Shown here: one piece after another, positions 63,053 through 64,000 of the stretch
Layout of the letters: the number at the start of each line of letters is the position of its first letter
How positions within the stretch are numbered: the stretch's first letter is position 1
Assembly: GCA_038087875.1 (NCBI GenBank)
Contig: JAXLNO010001347.1
Coordinates: forward strand, 62,001 to 126,000
DNA length: 64,000 nt
Origin: Malacoraja senta
Taxonomy: Eukaryota
Direction: 5' to 3'
Made by a program: the position numbers and the translations under genes
Notes under the pieces: generated by a model
Seen by the model: only the letters and a program-made list of their open reading frames with translations
The model's database searches: none
What the model was told of the DNA's origin: nothing

Positions 63053-63789
63053 GATGTCATTGAACCAGCAGGAAACAATTGACTGTAATGGAGACACGAG
63101 GAGGTGCTGATGCCGATTTACAACAACAAAAGACACAAAGTGCTGGTGTAACTCAGCAGGTCAGATCGCAACTCTGGAGGGCATAGATAGGTGACGATAG
63201 ACACAAAGCGCTGGAGTAACTCAACGGGTCGAGCAGCATCTTTGGAGAAAAAGGATAGGTGACTATTGTCAGTCTGAAGTAGGGTCCCAATCTGAAACAG
63301 CGCCTGTCAATGTCCTCCAGAGATGTTGCCCGACCTGCTGAGTTACTCCAGCACTTTGGTTTTATCGCACTCTATAGCAAATGGAATGGAAAGGCAGGGC
63401 GTAGTTGCCTGGAACTGTAATTGCGTTTCAGATAATGCTCCATTCTTGTGCTGCTAACTGCTCCTTATGTTATGATTCAGGAGACCCATAAATCCAATGC
63501 CTATCCTGACTTGAATCATTACAATGCAGAACAAAAAGGAGGAAACCAAACACTGTCCACAGCTGGTAGAGCTGCTGCCTCACAGCACCAGAGACCAGCG
63601 TTAGATCCTGACCTCTGGTATTGTCTGTGTAGATTTTCTTTAAGAAAGAACTGCAGATGCTGGAAAAATCGAAGGTAGACCTGTTTCAATGCAATAAACT
63701 CCATATTAATGTACCATATAAAGAATGCATGTGCTTGTATGTTTGGTGATGAGCCCAAAATATTGCTTTTGTAATTCAAGATATCCTCA

Positions 63790-63995
63790 GTGTTGCAACG
63801 GTAGAGTTGCTGCCTATAGCAGCAGAGACTCGGGTCGATTCTGACTAACGGTGCTGTCTATACAGTGTTTGTACATTCTCCCTGCATCTCCATGCGTGAC
63901 GGCATTGTTTTTCTCTGGGTGCTCCAGTTTCCTCCCACATCTCAAAGAAGTACAGGTTTTTAGGTTAACTTGCTTTGGTAAAATTGTAAATTGTC
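63790..63995 (+). mobile_element. V-SINE-type SINE upstream of the MHC promoter
   Basis: gcaacggtagagttgctgcc head; ccagtttcctcccac core. Confidence 0.7.
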
Positions 63996-64000
63996 ACCTG

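Overview
Vertebrate genomic DNA, inferred to be from a cartilaginous fish (probably a skate or ray) on the basis of its repeat families and MHC sequence style. One protein-coding locus spans the window: a minus-strand non-classical MHC class I-like heavy-chain gene. Its exons are leader 62934-62883, alpha1 23276-23016, alpha2 8699-8426 and alpha3 1312-1046; all junctions are phase 1 with GT-AG ends, and the TM/cytoplasmic exons must lie beyond position 1. The alpha2 exon has a 2-bp deletion, so the gene is a pseudogene or null allele, or there is an assembly indel. An SXY-like promoter lies just upstream of the leader. The introns (39.6, 14.3 and 7.1 kb) are largely transposon-derived: a full-length L1 with intact ORF1 and ORF2, nested truncated L1s, CR1, Rex1/Babar, RTE, Penelope-like (GIY-YIG) elements, V-SINE-type SINEs, a hAT with TIRs and TSD, a Harbinger-type MITE, a DIRS recombinase remnant, and an unclassified GC-rich retroposon family. 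Three observations stand out. (1) Two insertions of the same L1 family sit between very long direct repeats in TSD geometry (163 bp and about 2.4 kb). (2) The Penelope termini carry minimal hammerhead-ribozyme cores. (3) A GC-rich retroposon family appears to swap LINE tails and has a covarying 3' stem-loop. Repeat boundaries without a stated TSD or TIR are approximate, and everything was read by eye with no database search.
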